A DNA stretch of 55,665 bases, taken from positions 1-55,665 of IMG/VR virus record IMGVR_UViG_3300030098_002838; one strand, written 5' to 3'. Below are positions 9,892-19,212 of the stretch, piece after piece; the first letter of the stretch is position 1; each line of letters begins with the position of its first letter. A program made the translations under genes and the position numbers. The notes beneath the pieces were generated by a model that had not been told where the DNA came from, did no database searches, and saw only the letters and a list, made by a program, of their open reading frames with translations. Origin of the DNA: a virus. Its lineage: Duplodnaviria; Caudoviricetes.

Positions 9892-11220
9892 TTAATTAAC
9901 TGGTTCATCTCCTATGGCCATATCCTTGTTCATATAATAAGAACATCTGTTCCCATTAAATCCAACAGGATAAGTTCCTACTTTACCATATCTACTCTTT
10001 GATATAATAATTTCACTTCCATACCTATCGTATCTTTCGTGGTCAAAATTATATCCATAGAATACAAATACAGCAGATTCAGCAGTTTGTTCTATTACAC
10101 CACTTTCTGCGTAATCACTCATTCTCGGCCTAGGGTCTATTCGTTTTTCTATTTCTCTATTTAACTGACTTACAAGTATTGCACTACAGTTCTCTGATTT
10201 ACATATCCATTTGTATTCTTGCATTATCTTTTCGATTTCAAACCTTCTACCTTCTTTAACTCCGTTTACTTGTATCAATTGAATATAATCATCTACAATT
10301 ACATCTGGTTTGTGCTTAGCAACTTCTCTCATTGCATCATCTAAGTTTCTTATGCTTTCATACATAATAAGATTTTCATATTTGCTTTTTATAGTTTCTA
10401 TAGTATCTTCAAATTCTACTTCATTGTTTTCACCAACAGAGTTTTGTCTTATGTTTGCATATAGTAGATTAGGACTTTCCATTACAACGAGTTTCTTTAA
10501 CATTTCAGTATTACTCATCTCACGATTAAACATCATTACTCTGTATCCTTGCTCAATTAATCCTTTAATTATGTTTATTACTAATGTTGTTTTACCATGT
10601 CCGGGCCTACCACCAACTACAGTTATTTCTTTTCTAGTCATTCCACCAGCTGAGAAATCAAGATATGGTTTATTAAATGGTATTATATTTGTTTTATCTT
10701 TTATGTTGTGTCTCATCTCTTCAACTAAATCAGATATATTTATTTGTTTAGATGGTTGTATTTCTCTTAGTTCGGATATTAATCTGGTATGTGTTTCTAA
10801 TATGTTTCCTACTTCTTTATAATCTTCATAACTTGCATCAACTAATTTTCTAGCAGATTTAGCAGTTTCTCTTTGTATGTATTTTTCCCACACTATTCTT
10901 GCATACTGCGTTACATTTGCTACAGTTGGTACTTTTTCTGCTAATCCAGTTAAGAGATATGCTTGAGCATCGCCAGTCATATCTTTCATTTTATCTGATA
11001 AAGTTATTAAGTCTATTTCAACATTGTCTCTGTATAGTTCTTGTATTGATTTCCAAACATTTTTATTATTTTTATCATAAAATGCATTATTGTCTCTTAT
11101 CCATGCTAGTGCTATTTCTATTTCTCTATCTCCTCCAACAATTGCACATCCCAACAAAGCTTCTTCAGCCTCAGTTGAGTTAGGCATTATTTTCAATTCC
11201 TCTTTTTTTATTTCTTTCAT
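9892..11220 (-). CDS. dnaB: Replicative DNA helicase (DnaB family)
   Basis: N-terminal EAEEALLG; Walker A GRPGHGKTT; DYIQL; SQLNR; P-x2-SD-x2-ESG-x-IEQ. Confidence 0.96.
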   Translation of the reverse strand: MKEIKKEELKIMPNSTEAEEALLGCAIVGGDREIEIALAWIRDNNAFYDKNNKNVWKSIQELYRDNVEIDLITLSDKMKDMTGDAQAYLLTGLAEKVPTVANVTQYARIVWEKYIQRETAKSARKLVDASYEDYKEVGNILETHTRLISELREIQPSKQINISDLVEEMRHNIKDKTNIIPFNKPYLDFSAGGMTRKEITVVGGRPGHGKTTLVINIIKGLIEQGYRVMMFNREMSNTEMLKKLVVMESPNLLYANIRQNSVGENNEVEFEDTIETIKSKYENLIMYESIRNLDDAMREVAKHKPDVIVDDYIQLIQVNGVKEGRRFEIEKIMQEYKWICKSENCSAILVSQLNREIEKRIDPRPRMSDYAESGVIEQTAESAVFVFYGYNFDHERYDRYGSEIIISKSRYGKVGTYPVGFNGNRCSYYMNKDMAIGDEPVN

Positions 11221-12077
11221 AATTCCTCCTTTGCTTGAAAGATATTGTATTGAGTACTAGGTTCGTAATTAGTAATTACATATTCCTTTCTACCTTTACT
11301 TCTATGTTCGTCTGTTGCTCCTGCGTATTTTATGTTTATAGTTTGCACATTATAGTTTTTATACAATTCATATACTTCTTCTCGATAATCATAGCTTACC
11401 ATAAAGTATGCTCCACCTTCATCTATCCTATCTACTGCTTCTTTCATTCTTAAATGGTCATCTGCGTTAAATGTGTTCATATAATAATCTCTTTTTTGCT
11501 TAGCCTTTTCTGTTGCTATAAAGTAAGGAGGGTCTAAGTACCACAAATCACCTTTGCGAGGCTTATATCTCCTTACTAATTCTTCAAAATCAAGATTTTC
11601 TATTGTAGAACCTCCTATAAACTTCCTTGAATACTCTAACTCCATATCAAAGTTCTTGTTTAAGTCTTTATTCATAGCAAAAGGTGTATGTATTAGTTTG
11701 TTAAAGCTATACCTTATAGCATAGAAATACTTAGCAGCTTGATAAGGGTCTGGTATTTCAAATTCCTTCTCAGCCTTTATCTCATCTCTATAATTTACGA
11801 ATAAATCACGAGATTTGGGAATCCAAAATAAATAATGTACAAGCTCATCGTATTTTTCTATTACACATATATATAGATTTACAATATTTCTATCAATGTC
11901 ATTTAATACATTCCATTTAGCTTTGCTCTTTCTAAAGAACATCGAAAGTCCACCTGCAAATACTTCGAAGTATCTCTCATGTGGGGGGAGCAATGGAATA
12001 AGTGTTTTACTCATTTCATATTTCCCCCCATAATAAGGAAGCACTATTGGACAATCGTACCAATCGAGGCTAGGCAC
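11217..12077 (-). CDS. DNA adenine methyltransferase (D12/Dam-like class)
   Basis: YYGGK, EVFAGG, NDID and catalytic YLDPPY motifs. Confidence 0.93.
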   Translation of the reverse strand: MPSLDWYDCPIVLPYYGGKYEMSKTLIPLLPPHERYFEVFAGGLSMFFRKSKAKWNVLNDIDRNIVNLYICVIEKYDELVHYLFWIPKSRDLFVNYRDEIKAEKEFEIPDPYQAAKYFYAIRYSFNKLIHTPFAMNKDLNKNFDMELEYSRKFIGGSTIENLDFEELVRRYKPRKGDLWYLDPPYFIATEKAKQKRDYYMNTFNADDHLRMKEAVDRIDEGGAYFMVSYDYREEVYELYKNYNVQTINIKYAGATDEHRSKGRKEYVITNYEPSTQYNIFQAKEEL

Positions 12078-12849
12078 GCGCCCCTCCCTTAGTGGCCATG
12101 CTCTTCACAAGATTATATAACTTTGATTCTAACTTATGTGTAGATTCTAATTTTCTATCTAATCCATGAGTTGCTACATTAGTACCAACATTGAATAAAT
12201 CCCACAGGTTCTGAGGTTTGCTTTCAATAAGTTTCTGGGTAATATATTCTGAAGATGTTAGTGGAAACAATTTTAACATTTTAAGAATATGATTATCCCT
12301 TACTTTTGTATCAAGTAACAATGGAAACTCTTCTTTCATTATTATCTTTGTCTTATTAATCGTTTCGTCTATTACTCCTTCAACATCATTCAATGCCATG
12401 TTTTGAACAATATGTTTATTCTTATATTTAGTAGCAACAACTCCTATTACTGCTCCATTAAGACATATCAATCTAAATGCTCCTGCTATAATATTAAGAC
12501 CTACTGTTCCATCATAACTATTTTGCCAAATAATCTCTGGAGTCATTTCATCTTTTTTGCTTAGAGTTACTTTATGGTCTGGAAATTCCCATTTAACAAC
12601 AGACCTTGCTCCATTGCCAAATGTCTGAACTTCTTTTATTCTTCCACCATTCTTTTTAATTACATCAGCAGACTTTTTATTTATAAACTCATTCTTTACA
12701 AGTTTATAATTATCTGTCATACAACTAAGTATCTGGCCCGTATCCTCTCTCATTATGAATTTATATCCAGTATCTTTTACAAAATCATTTCCTAGTTGTG
12801 CAGGCACTTCTCTAACTGGAAACATTATGTCATTTATATTTGCTTTCAT
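12070..12849 (-). CDS. DUF932/DUF945-like protein
   Basis: NSYDG...GAFRLICLNG...H and LWDLFN signature. Confidence 0.8.
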   Translation of the reverse strand: MKANINDIMFPVREVPAQLGNDFVKDTGYKFIMREDTGQILSCMTDNYKLVKNEFINKKSADVIKKNGGRIKEVQTFGNGARSVVKWEFPDHKVTLSKKDEMTPEIIWQNSYDGTVGLNIIAGAFRLICLNGAVIGVVATKYKNKHIVQNMALNDVEGVIDETINKTKIIMKEEFPLLLDTKVRDNHILKMLKLFPLTSSEYITQKLIESKPQNLWDLFNVGTNVATHGLDRKLESTHKLESKLYNLVKSMATKGGARA

Positions 12850-13028
12850 TATTTTCCTCCTTCAAGGTGTGGGTTTGTTTTAAAACAGTATTTACATCCA
12901 CTATCATCACACATAATACAATATGGGTGGTCAAATGGAGATGAAAAGAAATTATGAGTTCCTCTTATTACTTTTTCTAAGAAACTATAATTAGTTTTCT
13001 TTTTTCTTATTGTTTTTTTCTTTTTCAT
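12849..13028 (-). CDS. Small basic Zn-ribbon protein (59 aa, not in track)
   Basis: MKKKKTIRKK...CIMCDDSGCKYC; AGGAG upstream; stop overlaps the next ATG. Confidence 0.6.
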   Translation of the reverse strand: MKKKKTIRKKKTNYSFLEKVIRGTHNFFSSPFDHPYCIMCDDSGCKYCFKTNPHLEGGK

Positions 13029-13431
13029 TGCCTTCTCCTTTATCGTTTATTATTGGTGGAGCAGAGCCAAGAAGTTTTCTTTCATTCTTTGACAACTTCT
13101 CCTTATTCTTATCTCTTGATAGAATTATTGATTTTAAATATCCATATCCTTTACCATATAAATAATGTTTTCCTTTGTAATATTCATTTAATCCCCATAT
13201 TAATGTTTGGTCATTAACATTGTCTACATTATACAGAAAGAAATAATATTTATCTCTTTCAGCATCTGAAGGTACATTATCTTTTATACAATGCGCAACT
13301 TCTCTTAAATGTTTTCTTGCTACGCTACTTCTTTTCTTTAATAACATATTTATTTTTGATATATAATTATGTTTTTTAAAGAAATTAAATCCACATTGAG
13401 GACACTCAAATGCTTTTGTTCCCTCTCTCAT
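12991..13431 (-). CDS. Hypothetical protein, possible DnaD-like replication initiator/helicase-loading factor
   Basis: CPQCG at the N-terminus; GYLKSII resembles the DnaD-domain YxxxIL motif; near dnaB. Confidence 0.4.
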   Translation of the reverse strand: MREGTKAFECPQCGFNFFKKHNYISKINMLLKKRSSVARKHLREVAHCIKDNVPSDAERDKYYFFLYNVDNVNDQTLIWGLNEYYKGKHYLYGKGYGYLKSIILSRDKNKEKLSKNERKLLGSAPPIINDKGEGNEKEKNNKKKEN

Positions 13432-13627
13432 TTAATTTTTTCCTCCTATTATGTTCATGTTTTTTTTGGCTGCTTCTTCTATCTAATCCAACTTCAATCC
13501 ACCACCCATTGCCATGCTCTCTAAGTAATTCATTTTTATCTTTGATATATTTAGGGTCTATTAAACTCTCATATTGAAATTTTGCACTCTTCATCCCAAT
13601 ACCTTTACTTCTGTTTGTGGAGCCCAC
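13406..13627 (-). CDS. Hypothetical protein
   Basis: ORF in a tightly packed operon; true start is probably MKSAKF. Confidence 0.5.
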   Translation of the reverse strand: MGSTNRSKGIGMKSAKFQYESLIDPKYIKDKNELLREHGNGWWIEVGLDRRSSQKKHEHNRRKKLNERGNKSI

Positions 13628-13893
13628 CTATGTCTTCCTAAGTAATATGAATCTTCTTTACTTCTTTCACAGCTTGTAACATATACTATACAAGATGTAT
13701 CTGTAGATTCTAACAGTATTGCTTTACAACTAGAAGACATTACTAATTGACCAACAGGTACTTTATATAAGAACTTTAGGCCCGGTGATGGTTTAGTTTT
13801 AAAACTATCTTTTAATGCTTTTTTTGCTAGTTTTTTATTATCTCTTAATCTTTTTCTATATTCTTTATCTTGTTTTGATAGCTTGTTCCTCAT
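13591..13893 (-). CDS. Hypothetical protein
   Basis: GGAGG SD; basic N-terminus and beta-rich C-terminus. Confidence 0.6.
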   Translation of the reverse strand: MRNKLSKQDKEYRKRLRDNKKLAKKALKDSFKTKPSPGLKFLYKVPVGQLVMSSSCKAILLESTDTSCIVYVTSCERSKEDSYYLGRHRWAPQTEVKVLG

Positions 13894-14104
13894 ATAATTC
13901 CTCCTTTTTAATTAAATCATCTTTTATTTTAATAATATCATTTCTAAGATTTCTAAAACACACTTCATATTCATAGTTACTCATAGTTTCAGCACATTTT
14001 TCAGCTATTACTAATGCAACTATAAGATTTTGCATCTCTTCTTTACTAAATCTTATTAAAGCAGTGGATTTATTTAACCACTCCTCATTTGTTTGTTTTA
14101 ACAT
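13865..14104 (-). CDS. Hypothetical protein
   Basis: Overlapping ORF with SD. Confidence 0.55.
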   Translation of the reverse strand: MLKQTNEEWLNKSTALIRFSKEEMQNLIVALVIAEKCAETMSNYEYEVCFRNLRNDIIKIKDDLIKKEELYEEQAIKTR

Positions 14105-14279
14105 ATCTTTCTCCCTTTTTATATCTTAATTTTAATTGATTTAATCTTTGATGGCCAGCACTTCCTTCTTTTAATGTTCCGCATTTCACCATCCACTCAT
14201 ATAGGGAAATAAGATTTTTTAATGATATTCCATTGTCGTTTGAATTGTTAAAAATTGGATGTATTTCTTTTAAATTCAT
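14085..14279 (-). CDS. Hypothetical protein
   Basis: GAGGAGG SD; translationally coupled. Confidence 0.55.
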   Translation of the reverse strand: MNLKEIHPIFNNSNDNGISLKNLISLYEWMVKCGTLKEGSAGHQRLNQLKLRYKKGERYVKTNK

Positions 14280-14563
14280 TATTCCTCCTCGTCAAATGGT
14301 GATTTATAATCTGGATGTAATACTGTTCCTCTCCAAGCCGATTCTGCTTCTTTGCTAAGTTTTTTATCATATTCTGATATTTCTACTTGTTCTTTTTCAA
14401 ATCTATATTCTATATCATCACCTAAATTATTGTATTCATCAGCTGTTGTTGGTTCTGAATCAAGAGCTATTTGAGCAACTGTTTTTAAATGAGATGGATT
14501 TGCTTGGTCTGATGCACTTGCTATATCTAACAATGCTTTTTTATAAATTTGTTCTTTTGACAT
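14279..14563 (-). CDS. Hypothetical acidic protein
   Basis: AAGGAG SD; follows a structured leader. Confidence 0.65.
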   Translation of the reverse strand: MSKEQIYKKALLDIASASDQANPSHLKTVAQIALDSEPTTADEYNNLGDDIEYRFEKEQVEISEYDKKLSKEAESAWRGTVLHPDYKSPFDEEE

Positions 14564-14593
14564 GATTTACTCCTTTGATTGTGGTGAAGGAGG

Positions 14594-14657
14594 GAGGGTG
14601 GCCTTTTGAAAGAGATAAGAAGTATATGAAGAAGGAAAAATATACTCAGCCACCCTC
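14594..14657 (-). ncRNA. Structured leader or small RNA
   Basis: GAGGGTGGC/GCCACCCTC outer stem with an AGTATAT/ATATACT inner stem; begins at the predicted TSS of the 14664-14693 promoter. Confidence 0.5.
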
Positions 14658-14663
14658 ACATAC

Positions 14664-14693
14664 AATTTATCTCTTTTTGTACAAGCCATACAA
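14664..14693 (-). promoter_or_regulatory. sigma70-like promoter
   Basis: TTGTAT-N18-TAAATT. Confidence 0.55.
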
Positions 14694-14699
14694 ATAGTT

Positions 14700-15011
14700 T
14701 TATTTGATTTGACCCAATACCTTCATGTTATGATATTGTAATGATTTTTTCATTTCAAGTTCATTAACATATTGTTTTTTATACCATTTGATTTTATAAC
14801 TACCAAACTTAACACCAAACTCATTTTCAACCATTGTTGTTACTATTTCTTTATCGGCCATCCATTTTAAATCTTTCTTTAAATTACATATTATAGCAGC
14901 CAACCTAAAACTTCCGAACATTTTTAAAGCATCTATCGGTGTTATACTATTTCCTGCTTCTAAGTATTTTCTTACTTTACTTGCTTGTGATTCTTTTCTT
15001 TTATTTTTCAT
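14700..15011 (-). CDS. Winged helix-turn-helix protein (HTH_39-like)
   Basis: LEAGNSITPIDALKMFGSFRLAAII signature. Confidence 0.8.
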   Translation of the reverse strand: MKNKRKESQASKVRKYLEAGNSITPIDALKMFGSFRLAAIICNLKKDLKWMADKEIVTTMVENEFGVKFGSYKIKWYKKQYVNELEMKKSLQYHNMKVLGQIK

Positions 15012-15025
15012 TTAAACCTCCCAAG

Positions 15026-15144
15026 ACTGAGGAGCCTCCTACTATCCACTATACGGTGAGGAAATGAAAGTTCGTGAACGACCTTTCGGTTTTTTTTCAC
15101 CCAAACCTCGGTGTATAGCTTCATACTTCGGTCAGCTCCTCAGT
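15026..15144 (-). ncRNA. Intergenic multi-stem structured RNA element
   Basis: 10-bp ACTGAGGAGC/GCTCCTCAGT enclosing CTATAC/GTATAG, GGTGA/TCACC and GAAAG/CTTTC stems. Confidence 0.55.
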
Positions 15145-15161
15145 ATGTTATTAACAACTAA

Positions 15162-15800
15162 TTAAAATGGTACGTCATCTCCATCTATTTCATCTACAGA
15201 TAACGAATCTCCACCTTCCCAAGGCTTTACGCCCATAACTTTAAAAGATGTTCTCCACTCTTGCTGTTCTGGTGGAAGATGTTTTGTATCAGATGTTACA
15301 TATTCTTGCCTTCTTAAATCAACAAGAACTGGTTTACCTTTTACATCTTCTTCTTCAATAAGAACAAGTTTCTTTACTTTTTTATCTCCAAGAGTTTGTT
15401 CTTCTACTTTGATACCAAGATTTTCTAATAATCCAAAGTATCTACTATTTTTAGAACCAGACTCGGAACTTGTAAAGATAAACCATCCATTATCCCAGAC
15501 ATCTCTTCCTACTAAATGTCCACAATCGGTGGTTGCTTGTTCTCCATTACCATTAGCAACAGGTATTCTGTTGTTATCTTGGTCTCTTTTATATTTGAAA
15601 CCATCCATCTCATATACTAATTGCTCTAAATCAGCTGCCTCGTCTGCTATTTTGTATGTCATATTGACAACAATTGCTTCACCGGCCTTTGTATTTACTT
15701 CTTTAGTAGCTAAAGATTTAATATGAGCTGGATATTGACCTTCTTCAATGGGTTTCCAAGTTGAATTAGGGTCGTATACTGCATTGATTTCCTTTGCCAT
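15162..15800 (-). CDS. Single-stranded DNA-binding protein (DUF669-like)
   Basis: PIEEGQYPAHI start; acidic DGDDVPF C-terminus; next to the annealase and exonuclease. Confidence 0.75.
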   Translation of the reverse strand: MAKEINAVYDPNSTWKPIEEGQYPAHIKSLATKEVNTKAGEAIVVNMTYKIADEAADLEQLVYEMDGFKYKRDQDNNRIPVANGNGEQATTDCGHLVGRDVWDNGWFIFTSSESGSKNSRYFGLLENLGIKVEEQTLGDKKVKKLVLIEEEDVKGKPVLVDLRRQEYVTSDTKHLPPEQQEWRTSFKVMGVKPWEGGDSLSVDEIDGDDVPF

Positions 15801-16066
15801 TATACTGATTTCCTTTCTGTTGTGTATTTTGTTATTAGTGTGTTTACTTTTTCTGTTAGTTCGATTTGCTTTTTACTAGGTGTAGCGTTTTTGCCACCTC
15901 TGTAATAAAGTGTAGGTGTTACCCACTTACCATCAGCAGTTTTTAGAACTCTTCTTACTGATGTTCGCTTTTTGCTAACGCCACCAGATTTTTCAAGTTC
16001 AGCTGCAGATTTCTTAGTAAGAACTCCTGCTTTTTTTAGCTTTTCTATGTCATCTTTACTTTGCAT
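15800..16066 (-). CDS. Hypothetical basic protein
   Basis: AAGGAG SD; translationally coupled. Confidence 0.6.
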   Translation of the reverse strand: MQSKDDIEKLKKAGVLTKKSAAELEKSGGVSKKRTSVRRVLKTADGKWVTPTLYYRGGKNATPSKKQIELTEKVNTLITKYTTERKSV

Positions 16067-16069
16067 AGT

Positions 16070-16300
16070 TTACTCCTTATCTTTGTTATCGTATTGTTCA
16101 AGTGTAAATGTGTGGAACGATGGATTAATAGTTAATTGCTTATTCCTTTTCGTTTCAAACATTAACATTTTTTTACCATTAAACAGCTTTACTCCTTTAT
16201 ACTTAACATTTGAGAATGTTGTACCATCGTTAATTCCAACTAGGTATTCACCATCTTTGTCAAGTATACCATCATCATATGATATATCAACCTTGCGCAT
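16070..16300 (-). CDS. Hypothetical protein
   Basis: ORF within the recombination operon. Confidence 0.55.
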   Translation of the reverse strand: MRKVDISYDDGILDKDGEYLVGINDGTTFSNVKYKGVKLFNGKKMLMFETKRNKQLTINPSFHTFTLEQYDNKDKE

Positions 16301-16895
16301 TTGCTACCCTTTCAAGTTTAGCCAAAGACGAACGATAATTACCTCCGTAAATATCTCCCTCTTCTATCAATGTTGATACTTGGTCATATTTTTCTGTACT
16401 TATTGCTTTAGCTGCGTCTAGTAATTCCTTTTTTTGCTCTTCAGACAGCTCTGTATCTTCTATCTGGTTTCTATATACATCATCAGCAATATTCATATAC
16501 ATATTAAACGCTTTCTTTATGCAATCTGTGTTTGCTGATTTAACATCGTTACCAATGTCCACAAATTCATTAGTGCCACGCTTTTTCTGTATTCTATGAG
16601 CTGCAGTCATATCTCCTTCTCTCCATATACCTTCATCATACCATTTAAGTCTACCATGTACTACAAATGCCTCACTACCTAATACTTCAGTATTTATTAC
16701 TGTCCAACTCCAGCCTGGAAATTCTTTATCTGCAATTTCTCGCATATAACTAACCTCTACATATTCCATACCCATTTTCTTTTTAATAAATGGTTTAGGT
16801 GTTTTTATATTTGACACTCGTTTGTGTTTATCTGTTATCATGAGTCTTATGCCATTTATGACTTCTAAATTGTCTGCTTTAACTATATCACTCAT
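16287..16895 (-). CDS. Rad52/Sak-family single-strand annealing protein
   Basis: YVEVSY...FPGWSW...KSANTDCIKKA...IADDVY signature. Confidence 0.85.
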   Translation of the reverse strand: MSDIVKADNLEVINGIRLMITDKHKRVSNIKTPKPFIKKKMGMEYVEVSYMREIADKEFPGWSWTVINTEVLGSEAFVVHGRLKWYDEGIWREGDMTAAHRIQKKRGTNEFVDIGNDVKSANTDCIKKAFNMYMNIADDVYRNQIEDTELSEEQKKELLDAAKAISTEKYDQVSTLIEEGDIYGGNYRSSLAKLERVANAQG

Positions 16896-17683
16896 TATTT
16901 ATTCCTCCCTCTAGGTTTTCTTTGTTTTCTTTGTTTTATTTTACTAGGACAAATACTTTCGTATTGACAATAATTACATTCCCAATCCTCAAATGGAACA
17001 CCATATTCCAATTCAGGTTCTAAGTATTTTTCAAATTTTTCACCATATTCAATTAAATATTCATTAAGGCCCGTCCAATATTCAAATGCTTTATCTATCC
17101 AATTAGATATAACTAATTGCTCTCTAACCATACTAGTATTCTTATTGTACCAAAATAAATGAAGATTAGTCTTTTTTGGTTCTACTTGTGATTGCATCCC
17201 TAATGCATATGTTCCAAGCTGTAGCTTATAATTCTCATTAGCATTTTGCTGTCTATTGTCTTTTCTGCCAAAGTGCTTAGTCCAAGTATAAGCAGCTGCT
17301 GTTTTAACATCATATATGTCAAGTATTTCAGAATTACCATCATATACTGCAACATCTAAAGTTCCCACAATATTTAATTCTGGTATTTTTATCTTATGCT
17401 CAGAAAATATAGATATATTATTATCCATTATTTCTTTTGCATTAGTTTTCATATAATGATGTACTGCATCTTCAACATCTTTATGAACAATAGTACCCAA
17501 TCTTAAAACTCTTAATCCTTTATCATCTATTGATTCTGATTTGTATTCAAAGTATGCATACAATTGCTTTCTATAACATGAGCCTGATGATGAAGCATGA
17601 AATCCTTTATCTTTTTTACGCTCTATAGAACTTTTATCTTGAAGATGTCGCAAGTAGTTTTGATATGCTATAAGTATATTCAT
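16895..17683 (-). CDS. PD-(D/E)xK exonuclease, Cas4/RecB-like with Fe-S cysteines
   Basis: CYRK, GTIVH, GTLD...DVKT, QLGTY and C-terminal CNYCQYESIC. Confidence 0.88.
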   Translation of the reverse strand: MNILIAYQNYLRHLQDKSSIERKKDKGFHASSSGSCYRKQLYAYFEYKSESIDDKGLRVLRLGTIVHKDVEDAVHHYMKTNAKEIMDNNISIFSEHKIKIPELNIVGTLDVAVYDGNSEILDIYDVKTAAAYTWTKHFGRKDNRQQNANENYKLQLGTYALGMQSQVEPKKTNLHLFWYNKNTSMVREQLVISNWIDKAFEYWTGLNEYLIEYGEKFEKYLEPELEYGVPFEDWECNYCQYESICPSKIKQRKQRKPRGRNK

Positions 17684-17704
17684 ATTAGTTCCTTTCTTCC
17701 CCTA

Positions 17705-17733
17705 AATTTAACAATATCAAGAGTTACTATCAA
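17705..17733 (-). promoter_or_regulatory. sigma70-like promoter for the recombination operon
   Basis: TTGATA-N17-TAAATT just upstream of the exonuclease gene. Confidence 0.6.
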
Positions 17734-17950
17734 CATCTTTCTGCTCGCCTTCTGATAATTCTTTTGCTATTTCTTTGTTAACATCTTTGATGCTTATAGT
17801 ATTTTCTATAAGATATATTCCTAATACCCATTTAAGTGCTTCTATCCATCCTTGATGTATATAATCTTCAGAACTAGTTGTTTTGCTTATATCTTGTGAT
17901 AACATATCAATAAGGCAAGTTATTATTTCATCTTTAGTTCGTAGTTTCAT
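17717..17950 (-). CDS. Hypothetical protein
   Basis: GGAGG SD; GWIEALKWVL motif common in small phage proteins. Confidence 0.65.
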   Translation of the reverse strand: MKLRTKDEIITCLIDMLSQDISKTTSSEDYIHQGWIEALKWVLGIYLIENTISIKDVNKEIAKELSEGEQKDVDSNS

Positions 17951-17951
17951 T

Positions 17952-18146
17952 TTATCCTCCCCATGTTACTGTTCCATATCTATCACCAAATAATTTACTA
18001 CAAGGTGGACATGATTTTTCTTTTAATTTCCCCTTGTACAAATCAGGCACTCTTTCTGTAATCCATTGTTCTTTAATATTTTTATGTTGTTTATATTTTA
18101 TCTCGCATAAATTACAATAATATACTTCACTTTTGACAAATATCAT
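17952..18146 (-). CDS. Hypothetical Zn-finger protein
   Basis: CNLC...CPPC; ATGA overlap with the upstream stop. Confidence 0.6.
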   Translation of the reverse strand: MIFVKSEVYYCNLCEIKYKQHKNIKEQWITERVPDLYKGKLKEKSCPPCSKLFGDRYGTVTWGG

Positions 18147-18484
18147 GATGCAGCTAACCCCCAAAAGAAAAATGCTTTAATATTCTTTTTACCTTTATAA
18201 CCTGATTCTTCTTTTGCTTTCTTTAGAGTTGCTCCTTTAAACTCAATACAATTCCATCTGGAAAACTTAGTACCATCCATTGTATCATCTACAAATTTCC
18301 AAAATTTCTTTGTACCATATCTAGGATGGTTTGTTATCATTTTAATACCATTAGATGTAGATATTGTACCATTATATCCATCATCTCCATGCCTACGTTC
18401 TGCTTCTTCTACCAATTTATTGTATGCTTCAACTGCAGTTTTGAATCTACCTATTGCAAAGTCTTGTTGACAATGTGCTCCCAT
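18143..18484 (-). CDS. Hypothetical protein
   Basis: AGGAGG SD; MGA...HGDDGYNGTIST...FFFWGLAAS. Confidence 0.75.
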   Translation of the reverse strand: MGAHCQQDFAIGRFKTAVEAYNKLVEEAERRHGDDGYNGTISTSNGIKMITNHPRYGTKKFWKFVDDTMDGTKFSRWNCIEFKGATLKKAKEESGYKGKKNIKAFFFWGLAAS

Positions 18485-18627
18485 TATTTTGCCTCCTTTT
18501 TATAAAGTTGATATTTTTCTTTATTCATTACTTTTAATATTTCTATTACTTCTTTACCTCTAAAGCCATCATCTCCTATTGCTATGTCAACAGCTTCTTT
18601 AATTTGCTTTTCAGTATATTTTACCAT
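18484..18627 (-). CDS. Small hypothetical protein (47 aa, not in track)
   Basis: MVKYTEKQIKEAVDIAIGDDG..., fills the gap, coupled at both ends. Confidence 0.5.
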   Translation of the reverse strand: MVKYTEKQIKEAVDIAIGDDGFRGKEVIEILKVMNKEKYQLYKKEAK

Positions 18628-19178
18628 ATTTCAAACCCTCCACTTTTTTCACAAAATTTTATAAACTCTTCAAAAAGCTCTTGATGTAATCGATAATTAC
18701 ATTCCCAGTTTTTCTGTTTACCAACTGGAATGCCTTTTTCTTTTTGAAATGGTGTATTGCACGCATTACACTTTCCCTGAACAATCTCATCATTTCTATG
18801 GCCCGTGCCTTTACAAATTTCACATTCTTCAAGTGGTAAAGAATTAAGATACTTTTCTCGTTCTTCACACATTTTAGATATGTTTAAATGTTTTAATTTT
18901 TTTGCTATTTTTGATGCTTTGTCTTCATCTATAACATATCCATCGTTCATGCTACCAGAATTATAATCTTCTGGGGTTAATATATCAGTACACAAAGCAA
19001 ATACAGCTTCCCATATTGGCCTCCATCCCCAAACATTTGCTCTAAAATATGCACCCGGTGTATTAGTTTGCCACGCAAAATATGCTTTTTTCTCTTCTTC
19101 ATTGTCTTTTCTTGTCCAATCTGGTGCATCTGGTTTATCTTGACCATTAGGTCTAATTCCATTTAAATCAAATCCCAT
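18621..19178 (-). CDS. Hypothetical protein with a DnaJ-like CxxCxGxG Zn finger
   Basis: MGFD...YFRANVWGWRPIW...CEICKGTG...CNAC...SGGFEIW; AAGGAG SD. Confidence 0.75.
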   Translation of the reverse strand: MGFDLNGIRPNGQDKPDAPDWTRKDNEEEKKAYFAWQTNTPGAYFRANVWGWRPIWEAVFALCTDILTPEDYNSGSMNDGYVIDEDKASKIAKKLKHLNISKMCEEREKYLNSLPLEECEICKGTGHRNDEIVQGKCNACNTPFQKEKGIPVGKQKNWECNYRLHQELFEEFIKFCEKSGGFEIW

Positions 19179-19212
19179 GTTATTCTCCTTTTTTATTGTT
19201 ATTTAAAATTTA

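Noticed and set aside
15026-15144. Hammerhead ribozyme (CTGACCGA...GAAA on the minus strand)
   Set aside because: The core does not match CUGANGA spacing and the stems do not fit the hammerhead topology
16895-17683. CRISPR-associated cas4
   Set aside because: No cas1, cas2 or array; it sits with Sak and SSB as a recombination exonuclease
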